Shown here piece after piece: positions 8,884 through 17,918 of a stretch of DNA of 25,947 bases (its first letter is position 1; each line of letters begins with the position of its first letter). Location of the stretch: positions 1 to 25,947 of IMG/VR virus record IMGVR_UViG_3300044641_000586. The stretch is one strand, 5' to 3'. The DNA is from a virus. Lineage: Duplodnaviria > Caudoviricetes. The notes below the pieces were generated by a model. That model was not told the DNA's origin and ran no database searches. It was given only the letters and a program-made list of their open reading frames with translations. A program made the translations under genes and the position numbers.

Positions 8884-9518
8884 GTGGAATGGAACCGATC
8901 ATAATGGGTGCAGTCGCTGGTGCTGCGCTCAACAGGGATGACCCGATGAAGGGTGCCATGATGGGCGCTGCGCTAGGCGGCGGTGCCGGTGCCCTGTTGG
9001 GTGGAGTGGGTGCGGCGGGGGCGGCAGAGGCAGGTGCTATGGGCGCTGCTGAAGGAGCAATGGCTTCCGACGCTATCCCAGCGTTTCTTGCAAATCAGCC
9101 AATGGGTCCGTCCGGGTTAATGCCGGTTGATGTGTTTCCCGTGAACGCTTATCCAGCAGCGGAAACAATCCCAGTGTTTAACAATGAGGCAATCGCACGA
9201 GCCTCGATGGGAGGTGACTACACTGGCATTGGCTCTGGGGCATCTGGCTCGTCTATGTACAGTCCATTCGGTGGCATGATTGGATACGAGGAAGCAGCAG
9301 GGAAAGAACTTGCAAAGGCGCAAGCAAAGGACATCATGATGCGTGGTGGTATGCCATCACTCGGCGGTGCAATGAATATGCTGAGTCAGGCTCAACCTCG
9401 AGCCGGGATGCAAGCACCAGGAATCCGCAGAGGACAGCCCCAGGCAGTCAACTACGGTGGTCTTGCTAGTTTGTTGGAACCTAAACTTACTGAGAGGCGG
9501 CGACTTTCGCTGTTGTGA
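8880..9518 (+). CDS. Putative ejection protein (Gly/Ala/Met-rich)
   Basis: 212 aa with glycine-zipper-like N-terminal segments (GAVAGAAL, GAMMGAALGGGAGALLGG). ATGA overlap. Confidence 0.55.
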   Translation: MSGMEPIIMGAVAGAALNRDDPMKGAMMGAALGGGAGALLGGVGAAGAAEAGAMGAAEGAMASDAIPAFLANQPMGPSGLMPVDVFPVNAYPAAETIPVFNNEAIARASMGGDYTGIGSGASGSSMYSPFGGMIGYEEAAGKELAKAQAKDIMMRGGMPSLGGAMNMLSQAQPRAGMQAPGIRRGQPQAVNYGGLASLLEPKLTERRRLSLL

Positions 9519-9519
9519 C

Positions 9520-10941
9520 ATGGATGAAATTCTCGCTCAGTTGTTCCCGCAAGCACCGTCCTACTTCCCTGGTTTGTTAGGGCAGGAGCAGGCCAATCTG
9601 CTTCAGCAGCAAGCCCAGCGACAGGGTTTGCTTGGTATCGGCATGGGGTTGTTGCAAGCCGCAGCCCCGTCTGCCACTAGGCCGAGTCTCGGTGCTGGTA
9701 TCGCGCAGGGGTTGGCGACTGGCCAGCAGATGGCGCAGAACGTCTATGCTCAGCGGCTGCAAGAAGCACAGATCGCACAGAAGCTGGCAGAACAACAGCG
9801 ACAACTCCAGCAGCAAGAAACAGTGCGGAGATTGTTCCCGCAAGTGTTTCAGCAGACTGTCGAGCGTGGTGCGGTGGCTGGCGAAGAAGGCCCGATTCCG
9901 ACTGCTCAACCACGTATCTCAATTGATCCGCAAAAATTGTCCATGCTTGCGATGGCATCTGGAGATCCGCTGGCTGCTCTTGGCAACATTGCGAAAGTAG
10001 TTCCAGAGTTGAGGAAAGGTGGTCTTATTGCGGGGATGGAGGCTGGCGTAGATCCATTCGCTCCATTCATGGCGAGTGACAATCCAAATCTGCAAGCGAT
10101 TGCGGCGCAATATTCGCGTTCGTTTAAGTCTGGTGCTTTGGATGAGGCGCAGATTGGGCGAGCAGTGGAAAGTCTTGGGAGGATGGCAGAGGCTGCTGCG
10201 AAGCCTTCATCACTTCGTGGCGACTATGAATATGCAATGGCGCAGCGAACCAGAGAAGGCCAACCAACAATATCGTTTGAACAGTATCAAGAAAACATTC
10301 GTAAAGCAGGAGCCGGAACAACTAGCACATTTGTCTATCCTCCTGGTGCGGTTGCTCCAGGCGCAGGAGCACAGTCTGAAATTGATAAGGCCTTGTTGAG
10401 TTCTGGATCACGTTTGCAGGTGTTGAACCGGATTTCTGAAGGCTATCGTCCAGAGTTTCTGCAAACTAGGTTTAAGGTCGCGCAAGGTTTGGTGGAGTTG
10501 GGCGAGAAACTTGGTCGAGAGCCTAACCCAGAGGAACGTCAAAACCTTGAGCAATACTCCCGGTTCAAGCAAGATGCTGTGCGTCAGTTGAACCAGTACA
10601 TCAACGAGATCACTGGCGCTGCAATTGGTCAAGGCGAGGAAGCGGAACGTCTTAAATCTGGCGTTCCTAATCCTGGGACTGGTTTGTTTGGTGGTGATAG
10701 CCCGACGGTGTTCTTGTCAAAACTCAACAATACCGTTCGTGACTTGCGTCTTGCTGAAGCGCGTTTGCAGTACATCAAGACCAAAGGGTTTAACCTTCAA
10801 GACGTAACGCTTGACCAAATGCCAACAATCATGCGGAAACGCAAAGAACAGATTGTTAAAGATTTCGGGCTTGACGAGGCGAATGCGACAGATAGAGAAG
10901 TGTTAAGAAATCGTCTTGCGGCTGAGTTTGGTTTGCTCTGA
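9520..10941 (+). CDS. Putative ejection protein (P22 gp20-like position)
   Basis: Start trimmed to ATG 9520 (MDEILAQ...). Helical and Gln-rich, located between the other ejection genes. Confidence 0.6.
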   Translation: MDEILAQLFPQAPSYFPGLLGQEQANLLQQQAQRQGLLGIGMGLLQAAAPSATRPSLGAGIAQGLATGQQMAQNVYAQRLQEAQIAQKLAEQQRQLQQQETVRRLFPQVFQQTVERGAVAGEEGPIPTAQPRISIDPQKLSMLAMASGDPLAALGNIAKVVPELRKGGLIAGMEAGVDPFAPFMASDNPNLQAIAAQYSRSFKSGALDEAQIGRAVESLGRMAEAAAKPSSLRGDYEYAMAQRTREGQPTISFEQYQENIRKAGAGTTSTFVYPPGAVAPGAGAQSEIDKALLSSGSRLQVLNRISEGYRPEFLQTRFKVAQGLVELGEKLGREPNPEERQNLEQYSRFKQDAVRQLNQYINEITGAAIGQGEEAERLKSGVPNPGTGLFGGDSPTVFLSKLNNTVRDLRLAEARLQYIKTKGFNLQDVTLDQMPTIMRKRKEQIVKDFGLDEANATDREVLRNRLAAEFGLL

Positions 10942-10948
10942 GGTAATC

Positions 10949-12961
10949 ATGGCTGACGTAATTGATGAGCTTTTGTCTGGCAAAACGTCTGCACCTCGCA
11001 AAGGGCCGGACGTTATTGATGATCTTTTGACTCCGCAGCGTGGACGGTTCTTCTATCAAGAGCCTCCAGAGATCGTCCGCACTCCTGAAGCGGCAGCAAG
11101 GCCAGCAACAGCGTTAGCGGCGGGTGTGCCAACGGACATTAAGTCAGCTATCAGAGTGTTTGCTAAAGCCAGGGGGATTCCGGAGGAGCGTTATCGCATC
11201 TATCGTGGTGACATTTTCTATCAAGGGGATGATGGCAAGTTTTATGCAGAAGTCCCTGGGATGTTAAAAGCACCAGCGACATCTGCTGCGTTTATTGCTC
11301 CTGACATTGCAGAAGCCATTCCAAGCATTGCAACAGGTATTGCAACCGCTCCAATGCTGCTGGGTGGACCAGGAGGTGCGGCGGCATCAATCGGGCTTAC
11401 CGGGGCTGCTGGCGCTGCCTCAAGTGCAGGAAGGCAGGCTCTCGCTGGGCTGTTGGGTGGGCAGGAGTTTAGCCCTGGGCAGGTGGCGGCTGCTGGCTTA
11501 ATGGAAGCCGGGACGCAGCTTATCCCTTATGGCATGGGGAAGGTTGCTCAACGAAGCCTTGCGCGAGATATTTCGAGGCTAGATCCGCAACAAGTTGCTG
11601 AGTTGCAGAGGCTTGCTCAACAGCAAGGCATCCAGTTGACCCCAGGCGAAGTTACAAACCTTCCAAGCCTAAAGGCCCAGCAGAAAGTTCTAGGCAACAT
11701 TCCTGGCGCACAGGATGTTCTTGGTAATTTTTACGGAAAGCGGTACACAGAGCAGATTCAACCTGCTGTTGATCGGTTCTTGTCTAGCATCAGTTCAGTT
11801 GATGACCCGATGACCGCGGGATTCCGTGGGCAACAGGCATTGCGTACAAGGCTTGAGGATTTGCAAACACAAAGACGGCAAGCCGCAGAGCCAATTTATA
11901 GACAAGCATTTGAGAATTCTCCTCCTATCGATGTTGGGCCGATTGCAGCAACGCTAGATCAACGGATGGCAATTGCAAAAGGTGAGGAACTCTCAGAGTT
12001 GCGACGCATCCGCTCAATGCTAAATCGAGACGTAACACGACTCAACGCACAAGGGGACGAGGTTACTGAGACGGTGTTAGAGAATCGTGCGCCAGCTTTG
12101 CAGCGCGTCAAGTTTGCTATTGACAATATGTTGCAAGGCGATGCCATCTCCTCAATGGACGCAACTATCAGGCGGGAAATAACTGGCATTCAAGACCAGT
12201 TGGTTCGGACGATGGAAAACGCAATTCCAGAATATGGTTTGGCAAACCGTGAATTTGAAAGATTGTCGGAGCCTATCAACCGTTTCATGGAACGTAGGCC
12301 AGGGTTGTCTCTCATCAACATGAGTCAAGACAACCTAGACCAGTTTGCTGGCAAGGTGTTTGGGGTGACAGAACCTGCGTCTCCACAATCAATTCGATAT
12401 ACACGACAGCAGATTGAGCAGTCAGGGCCGAATGGACCGATTATCTGGAATGAAGTAACCAGATCCTATTTGGAAAGTGTGTGGCAGAAGGCAATGAAAC
12501 CGACTGCAACGGCAACCGAGGAAAAGGTTGATGCTGGTTTGTCGTTCCGTAATATGCTGATGGGTGACGATAAACGGATCAAAGCATTGCAAGCGGCAAT
12601 GACTCCTCAACAGTTTACTGCGCTGAGTGATTTGACTAAGGTATTGGAAGCGGCAGGACGTGTGAAGAAACTAGGATCAGACACTGCATTTAACGCTCTA
12701 GTGTTGCAGGACATGAAAGAGACGGTTCCTAACTTGGTTGTTCAGGGAATGACTCCAGTGAAAAACTTGCAGAATTACTTTGCAAGGCAGGCATTTATGA
12801 AGAATGCTGATGTTCTGGCTGAAATCGTTACAAGCCCAGATGGAATCAATCGGCTAAGAGAGCTTCGCAAACTTAGTCCTCAACAACCTAAGTTCTGGTC
12901 TGGATTAGCGCAAACGCTTGCAAGCACCGGCTCGTTTGCTGTTTCAGAAGTATTGGAATAA
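10949..12961 (+). CDS. Large putative ejection protein (P22 gp16-like position)
   Basis: Start trimmed to ATG 10949 after GAGGT. About 670 aa, helical, with an Ala/Gly-rich hydrophobic segment near the N-terminal third. Confidence 0.6.
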   Translation: MADVIDELLSGKTSAPRKGPDVIDDLLTPQRGRFFYQEPPEIVRTPEAAARPATALAAGVPTDIKSAIRVFAKARGIPEERYRIYRGDIFYQGDDGKFYAEVPGMLKAPATSAAFIAPDIAEAIPSIATGIATAPMLLGGPGGAAASIGLTGAAGAASSAGRQALAGLLGGQEFSPGQVAAAGLMEAGTQLIPYGMGKVAQRSLARDISRLDPQQVAELQRLAQQQGIQLTPGEVTNLPSLKAQQKVLGNIPGAQDVLGNFYGKRYTEQIQPAVDRFLSSISSVDDPMTAGFRGQQALRTRLEDLQTQRRQAAEPIYRQAFENSPPIDVGPIAATLDQRMAIAKGEELSELRRIRSMLNRDVTRLNAQGDEVTETVLENRAPALQRVKFAIDNMLQGDAISSMDATIRREITGIQDQLVRTMENAIPEYGLANREFERLSEPINRFMERRPGLSLINMSQDNLDQFAGKVFGVTEPASPQSIRYTRQQIEQSGPNGPIIWNEVTRSYLESVWQKAMKPTATATEEKVDAGLSFRNMLMGDDKRIKALQAAMTPQQFTALSDLTKVLEAAGRVKKLGSDTAFNALVLQDMKETVPNLVVQGMTPVKNLQNYFARQAFMKNADVLAEIVTSPDGINRLRELRKLSPQQPKFWSGLAQTLASTGSFAVSEVLE

Positions 12962-12963
12962 TC

Positions 12964-13710
12964 ATGGCAAAAGTAAAAATCAGCGAGTTCGACACCAATC
13001 CAGACAACAACACTGATATTGACAACATCAATATCGCTGAGAACTGTCCTCCGGCAAACATCAACAATGCCATCCGCGAGTTGATGTCGCAGTTGAAAGA
13101 CTTCCAAGCTGGCAATCAGGCATCGAACCAACTACTAGCCGCTGGTGGCGGGACGGGCCTATCGTCATCTGGTACGTCTGGCAATGTCCTGACTTCTGAC
13201 GGTAGTGGGTGGGTATCGTCTGCGCCTAACTACGTTCCGACTGGTGGCATGGTGATGTGGGGGACTGCCTCTGCTCCGTCAGGGTATTTGCTCTGTAACG
13301 GCTCTGCTGTGTCTCGGTCTACCTATTCGGCGCTGTTTGCGGTAGTCGGTACGGCATTCGGATCGGGTGACGGGTCTACTACGTTCAACCTGCCAGACTT
13401 CCGAGATCGCTTCCCTGTCGGTGCTGGCACGACGTACAGTGCTAACTCAACTGGTGGTAGCAAAGACGCAATCGTTGTGAGCCACACTCACACTGCGACG
13501 GTTTCTGATCCTGGTCACGTTCACCTAATTGGATTTCAGAGTATCGACGCTGGGCCAAACTACGGATCAACTGCGTCCGGGAATACGGCTGGGAGTCAAA
13601 CACAATCTGCGTTCACTGGCGTAACCGTCAGCAACAGCACAACCGGATCGTCTGGTACGAATGCTAACCTCCCGCCCTACTTGGGTGTCTACTTCATCAT
13701 CAAGACATGA
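12964..13710 (+). CDS. Tail collar domain fibre protein
   Basis: 248 aa. VPTG....W....APSGYLLCNGSAVSRSTYSALFAVVGT.FG.GDGSTTFNLPD.R.RFPVG is the phage tail collar motif. C-terminal HTH...DPGH.H and N.NLPPY.....FIIK. Confidence 0.9.
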   Translation: MAKVKISEFDTNPDNNTDIDNINIAENCPPANINNAIRELMSQLKDFQAGNQASNQLLAAGGGTGLSSSGTSGNVLTSDGSGWVSSAPNYVPTGGMVMWGTASAPSGYLLCNGSAVSRSTYSALFAVVGTAFGSGDGSTTFNLPDFRDRFPVGAGTTYSANSTGGSKDAIVVSHTHTATVSDPGHVHLIGFQSIDAGPNYGSTASGNTAGSQTQSAFTGVTVSNSTTGSSGTNANLPPYLGVYFIIKT

Positions 13711-13865
13711 CAACCGAAATTGAGGCTAAGCTAATGACGCATGAACAGGTTTGCGCTGTCCGCTACGAGGGCATCAACGCTCGTCTAAAGCGTCTTGAGC
13801 AGATACTGATTGGGACTGCTGCGTTTATCATTGCGCTGTTGCTTGGGCTTGTTATGAAGGTGTGA
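13707..13865 (+). CDS. Small coiled-coil plus C-terminal TM protein (XhlA-like, lysis region)
   Basis: Translated by hand: MTTEIEAKLMTHEQVCAVRYEGINARLKRLEQILIGTAAFIIALLLGLVMKV* (52 aa). ATGA overlap; below the ORF-track cutoff. Confidence 0.7.
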   Translation: MTTEIEAKLMTHEQVCAVRYEGINARLKRLEQILIGTAAFIIALLLGLVMKV

Positions 13866-13866
13866 G

Positions 13867-14367
13867 ATGGTAGAGATCGCGGTCGCGCTTGCTGCTGCAC
13901 AGGCTGCGGTCGCAGGCATCAAACAAGCCATCCAGGTTGGCAAGGACGCAAAGGAGTGTCTAGGCGAATTCATGCAACTGTTTGACGCGCAGGATCAGAT
14001 CCAGAAAGCGTCAACAGATGAACGAGCAAAGCTGCCGGAGCAACAGCAGAAGTCTGCAATGTCAGAGGCTCTCGAGTCCGTCATTGCTGCGAAGAAAATC
14101 CGCGACATGACCGATGAGTTGAAGCAGTACCTCATCTGGTCAGGACAGTCTGACATCTGGGACGAGATCCAGAGAGAACGCAACGCTATCATCCAGAAGC
14201 GCAAAGCTGCTGAGTTGGCGGCAAAGAAGAAGGCCGAGGAAGATGCCGAGCTACGTCTTAAGCAGCGGAAAGAGCGAATGCTGCTGGCTGTAGTGCTAGG
14301 GATCGGTGGCATCATCTTCTACCATTCTGCCGCTTACATCTGGTCTTGGTATCAGGCAAACCAGTGA
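13867..14367 (+). CDS. Hypothetical coiled-coil membrane protein
   Basis: 166 aa with hydrophobic N-terminus, charged helical middle and C-terminal TM segment (MLLAVVLGIGGIIFY). Confidence 0.65.
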   Translation: MVEIAVALAAAQAAVAGIKQAIQVGKDAKECLGEFMQLFDAQDQIQKASTDERAKLPEQQQKSAMSEALESVIAAKKIRDMTDELKQYLIWSGQSDIWDEIQRERNAIIQKRKAAELAAKKKAEEDAELRLKQRKERMLLAVVLGIGGIIFYHSAAYIWSWYQANQ

Positions 14368-14435
14368 AGTACCTCGCTGGTGTCATGTTCTTCGTTGTAG
14401 TGCTGATGGCAACGCTTGCAGGGATAAGCCGATGA
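14364..14435 (+). CDS. 23-aa hydrophobic microprotein
   Basis: GTG start: MKYLAGVMFFVVVLMATLAGISR*. It fills the gap exactly, with a GTGA overlap upstream and an ATGA overlap downstream. Confidence 0.5.
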   Translation: MKYLAGVMFFVVVLMATLAGISR

Positions 14436-14713
14436 ACACAGAACAGATTGAAGTCAGAACGTGGTCGGTAGTGGTGCTGACGCTGAACTTTATTCTGTTC
14501 GGCAGTGTTGCAGCCATCCTCTATGCGGTGATGTTCGTCGAGCATGACCTCGAGCGCATCAGCCCTATCGACCAGCAGTTCCTTGCGATCCTGAAAGACA
14601 TCATGCTGCTGTGTATCGGCGCTGTCGGCGGGTTGGTAGGCCGGAAGGGTGCCTATGCTGCGGCTAACTTTGTTGCAAAGGAAAAAGATGATCCCACTCG
14701 GCCCACTCCTTGA
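14432..14713 (+). CDS. Two-TM membrane protein (holin/antiholin candidate)
   Basis: Start trimmed to ATG 14432 (MNTEQIEVRTW...), 93 aa, two hydrophobic helices, within the lysis cassette. Confidence 0.6.
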   Translation: MNTEQIEVRTWSVVVLTLNFILFGSVAAILYAVMFVEHDLERISPIDQQFLAILKDIMLLCIGAVGGLVGRKGAYAAANFVAKEKDDPTRPTP

Positions 14714-15101
14714 CATTGGCGGCAAGATTCTTGATCGAGTCTTGCCTGACCCTGCTGCTGCTGAAGCTGCCAAACGGGAGCTTGCAAAGCTAGAGCAGGA
14801 CGGTGAACTGGCGAAGATGGCTCAGCAGACAAAGCTGTTTGAGTTAAACGTCGAGAACACGAAGTCCGCACGAGAGATGCAGGTAGCCACCAGGAGCCGC
14901 ATCCCTGCTGTGCTGTCTATCGTCACCGTTGCTGGCTTCTTTGGGCTACTTGTAGGCTCTGCGCTGGGCTATATGACGCTGACCGGCAGCGATGTCATGA
15001 TGCTGCTGCTGGGTGTCCTGGCTCGAGAGACTGCCAGCGTGTACAACTTCTGGTTGGGTTCGTCCAACTCCAGTCAACAGAAGGACTTGATGAAGAAATG
15101 A
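14688..15101 (+). CDS. Holin (GTA-type 3TM holin-like)
   Basis: Start trimmed to ATG 14688. LLDIGGKILDRVLPDP...AK.EL N-terminus, SAREMQ, two TM helices and F(W)LGSS C-terminal motif. Immediately upstream of the endolysin. Confidence 0.7.
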   Translation: MIPLGPLLDIGGKILDRVLPDPAAAEAAKRELAKLEQDGELAKMAQQTKLFELNVENTKSAREMQVATRSRIPAVLSIVTVAGFFGLLVGSALGYMTLTGSDVMMLLLGVLARETASVYNFWLGSSNSSQQKDLMKK

Positions 15102-15619
15102 TTGATAACTGGAAAGACTCACTTGCTCGCGTCCTCCATCACGAGGGAGGATTCGTTAATCACAAGGATGACCCAGGCGGCGCCACCAACCACGGCTGCA
15201 CGCAGAAGGTTTGGGAGGAGTTTTGCGGTCATCCTGTCAGTGTTGACGATATGAAAGCACTGACGCATGACGATGTTGCCCCGCTTTACAAAACGAAGTA
15301 TTGGGACAAGGTAAAAGGCGACGATCTGCCAGCAGGGATCGACTATTGCGTGTTTGACGCATCGATCAACTCAGGTGTTGGCAGAGCCTCCAAGTGGCTT
15401 CAGGAGTCTGTTGGAGTGCAGCCTGATGGTGTTATCGGGCCGATGACGCTGCGAGTTGCACAGGCAATGGTTCCGAGCGATCTCGTCAACCTGTATTGCG
15501 ACAAGCGTCTGGCGTTCCTGAAAGAACTCAAAACCTGGGATGTGTTCGGTAAGGGCTGGGAACGGAGGGTGGAAGAAGTCCGCTCCCATGCGCTCACAAT
15601 GATCGCAAAAGCCGGTTGA
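15098..15619 (+). CDS. Endolysin, glycoside hydrolase family 108 with C-terminal peptidoglycan-binding domain
   Basis: 173 aa. HEGGFVNH..DPGGATN.G.T catalytic motif, YW, FD..INSG, LQ..VGV.PDG.IGP.TL, FGKGW.RR. Confidence 0.93.
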   Translation: MIDNWKDSLARVLHHEGGFVNHKDDPGGATNHGCTQKVWEEFCGHPVSVDDMKALTHDDVAPLYKTKYWDKVKGDDLPAGIDYCVFDASINSGVGRASKWLQESVGVQPDGVIGPMTLRVAQAMVPSDLVNLYCDKRLAFLKELKTWDVFGKGWERRVEEVRSHALTMIAKAG

Positions 15620-15809
15620 TGTACCACTGAGCTTTTTCTAAATCCTCTCTGCCGTTCTTCTTCTTCCACCGCCAGAGATACTTGATTGCGTTTCCAGTGC
15701 AGAAAGCCTCCATGCCTTGCAGTCCCTCCGTAGCGACTGCAATGGCATCGATGCACTCAACAGCACCTTTGTAGTGGTCGGGGTTGGTCGGGTCAGAAGG
15801 GTGCGTCAT
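15594..15809 (-). CDS. DUF3310 (SaV-like) protein
   Basis: Start trimmed to 15809. NPDHYKG.VECIDAI...F..GNAIKYLWRW..KNG.EDL.KA.WY is the DUF3310 signature. Confidence 0.88.
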   Translation of the reverse strand: MTHPSDPTNPDHYKGAVECIDAIAVATEGLQGMEAFCTGNAIKYLWRWKKKNGREDLEKAQWYINRLLRSL

Positions 15810-15993
15810 CTCTTGCCTTCGGTTCAGCCAGTGTTGCCCAGCCATCCCAGCCGACAGGAACTGACTCCATCTTGAGCGTCAGACCTTTAGCGGTTTGCAT
15901 GACAACGCCGATCTTCTGCCAGCGTTTCTTTTCCTCTCCCTGCTTGTTTGTGTAGGTTCCAGTGCTAGCGATTACTTCGTATGCGATGGGCAT
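15793..15993 (-). CDS. Small single-stranded DNA-binding-like protein
   Basis: 66 aa. Y..K.GEEKKRW..IG core and acidic C-terminal DDAPF tail like SSB C-termini. Adjacent to the exonuclease and ERF genes. Confidence 0.6.
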   Translation of the reverse strand: MPIAYEVIASTGTYTNKQGEEKKRWQKIGVVMQTAKGLTLKMESVPVGWDGWATLAEPKARDDAPF

Positions 15994-16574
15994 AGTTTCT
16001 CCATGAGGTTGTTGACTTCAGACAAAAACTCTTTGACCTTGCTCTCGAACTTCTCGATCTCCTCCTCTGTCGGCTGGAACCGGACTACAAACAACCGAAG
16101 GTGCTCGGGGAACCTGTCATCAAACGACACAAAATCCACCCATTGCCTGCCGGTACAGCTAAGTTGAGCCATCATCTGCGGGGTGTACTTTGCCGGAGGT
16201 TTCCCGCTTTGGATGTAGTCGAGGTGTGTCGTTGACCGCGGGCACTTGATCTCCACCAGACCGTCCGACCCAACTAGAGCATCAGGGCTGGCACCAAACC
16301 AACGGATTAGCGGGTGCTTAACAAACCCAACATCGTCCGTTAGTTCGTAACTCGCTTGATACGCAGCCTTTGCAAGCGGTTCGACATCAATCCCACGTTG
16401 CATATCTGCGTTGACGAACGAGTCTTGCGCTCGACCCGTTAGTCGCTCTGTGACCAACTGGGTCAGGTATCCCTTTCTTGCTTGCGTGTCCTTACCTGCA
16501 AGGATGTCGGCAGCACGAGAGCCTGTCGCGTGACCCAGCCTGTCCTGAAACCACTGTTCTGTCCGCTGTTCCAT
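15972..16574 (-). CDS. YqaJ/lambda-exonuclease family recombination nuclease
   Basis: 200 aa. EQRT.QWF..RLG..T.S, M.RG...EP.A, GASPDALV, VEIKCP and Q...Q...TGR.W.DFVSFD.R motifs. Confidence 0.92.
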   Translation of the reverse strand: MEQRTEQWFQDRLGHATGSRAADILAGKDTQARKGYLTQLVTERLTGRAQDSFVNADMQRGIDVEPLAKAAYQASYELTDDVGFVKHPLIRWFGASPDALVGSDGLVEIKCPRSTTHLDYIQSGKPPAKYTPQMMAQLSCTGRQWVDFVSFDDRFPEHLRLFVVRFQPTEEEIEKFESKVKEFLSEVNNLMEKLCPSHTK

Positions 16575-16912
16575 CAGCGATCCCCGGCAATATATCGGTT
16601 GAAGTAATCCAGCGATTGTTCCTCGTTATCAGGCTCCACCCACTCCAAAACCCTCTGAAAGCGCCCAGAAGCGGCTTTCCTGCGTCCGGTAGGCATCAGG
16701 TAGCCTTTCCTCACCAGCGGCGCTATACGGGGCGTTATCGTGTTGAGCGGGAGTCCTGGCAGACGCTTGGCTAGTTCGTCTGCTGTTAGACCCTTTTTTG
16801 CGCTCCTAAACTCGGCCAGCACGACCATCTCGAGTCGGTTGGCATCGACGCTGACTGCTGCCTCGTGGCTGGTTTGCGGATCGGTGCTGCGAGCTAGTCC
16901 TGGCCAATTCAT
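16574..16912 (-). CDS. Winged helix-turn-helix protein
   Basis: Start trimmed to 16912. ARSTDP.TSHEAA N-terminal motif, then GLTADELA.......TITPR...LV.KG....TG.R...SGR.Q.V. Confidence 0.7.
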   Translation of the reverse strand: MNWPGLARSTDPQTSHEAAVSVDANRLEMVVLAEFRSAKKGLTADELAKRLPGLPLNTITPRIAPLVRKGYLMPTGRRKAASGRFQRVLEWVEPDNEEQSLDYFNRYIAGDR

Positions 16913-17136
16913 GCTTTCACCCATGACTGATGGGGGATCGGAAACTTGGGAGCGTGAAAGAACTTCCGCAGGATCAGCGTGTCGGGGTTGTAGAAGGCAC
17001 CAGGGTTGATTGATTTGATCTGAGCGATTGCAACCTCCAGTTCCTTGTTGTCGTGTTGGTAGTCGCGTCCGACTCGAGCGGCGGCTCGGAGCGTGGCACG
17101 TTGTTGGTCATTCAAAAGAATTGCGGGTTGCATCAT
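16909..17136 (-). CDS. Hypothetical protein
   Basis: 75 aa, 4-nt overlaps with both neighbours, RBS GGAGGT. Confidence 0.6.
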   Translation of the reverse strand: MMQPAILLNDQQRATLRAAARVGRDYQHDNKELEVAIAQIKSINPGAFYNPDTLILRKFFHAPKFPIPHQSWVKA

Positions 17137-17678
17137 TTCACCTCCATCAGTTGTGTCTTACGGGTGTTTTTAGTTGCTTCGAGTTGCTGCATGAACTCGG
17201 TGTCTTTTAGAGCCTTGTAAGCGTGAGCAAACACGGTCTTGAGTCCGTCTAGGTTCTCAGCGTTTGCGACTTGCTTGAGATACGGAGCAGGGTCAATTGC
17301 TGGCTTCTTGCTGGCTGCGTTACCGTCATCGTCCTCTGGAGCGATGCCACAAGCTGCCATAAGGCTGTACCTGCGGGCGTAGGTCAGGGCCGATCCGTAG
17401 CCCTGCGGGTCTTGCTTTGCAGCAGGAACGTGGAGCTTACCGGCCGACAATGTTTCGCCAGACTCGTGAACGAATACGGTTTCTACGATCACCCCGTCCT
17501 CGCACTCGTGCGTCTGCTGCATAAGCATGATGCCGTTCCCGTTCAGCCCGTCGATAACAGCTTCTACGCAGGCCGCAAGATCAGCGTATCTGCTTTTGAA
17601 GTGCGGGTTTGTGGAGGATTTCAACGCAGGCCCGAAAGCCTTCTGTGCCTTGACCAACGATGATGCGATCTGTTTCAT
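17133..17678 (-). CDS. erf: ERF family single-strand annealing protein
   Basis: 181 aa. K...NPHFKS.YADL, H.SGE and DPQGYGSALTYARRYSL.A..GIA.EDDDGN signature. Confidence 0.92.
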   Translation of the reverse strand: MKQIASSLVKAQKAFGPALKSSTNPHFKSRYADLAACVEAVIDGLNGNGIMLMQQTHECEDGVIVETVFVHESGETLSAGKLHVPAAKQDPQGYGSALTYARRYSLMAACGIAPEDDDGNAASKKPAIDPAPYLKQVANAENLDGLKTVFAHAYKALKDTEFMQQLEATKNTRKTQLMEVK

Positions 17679-17823
17679 ATGTCCCTCGATATTTCTGCCA
17701 CTTGGTTAGGTATTGTTCCTGTTCGCTCGGTGGTGTCCACCCGAATCGTCGCCACGTTTGCTGCACATCTGTAGCGACGCCGGGAGTCCACTTGAAGTCT
17801 AGATCCGTGAGATGAGTTGCCAA
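17581..17823 (-). CDS. Hypothetical protein
   Basis: TTG start at 17823 preceded by AGGAG. FKWTP..ATDVQ.TWRRFGW.PPSE motif resembles small proteobacterial phage proteins. The 3' end overlaps erf. Confidence 0.55.
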   Translation of the reverse strand: MATHLTDLDFKWTPGVATDVQQTWRRFGWTPPSEQEQYLTKWQKYRGTYETDRIIVGQGTEGFRACVEILHKPALQKQIR

Positions 17824-17918
17824 ACAAGGTCTCCTATCGTTGAGGTTGAACCGATACTCCAATCGACTGCGGTCACTCCGAGAACCGCACCAGCAGCCAC
17901 GATAAGCAGATGTTTCAT
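17799..17918 (-). CDS. Small membrane protein
   Basis: Translated by hand: MKHLLIVAAGAVLGVTAVDWSIGSTSTIGDLVWQLISRI* (39 aa). ATGA overlap with the upstream gene. Confidence 0.5.
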   Translation of the reverse strand: MKHLLIVAAGAVLGVTAVDWSIGSTSTIGDLVWQLISRI

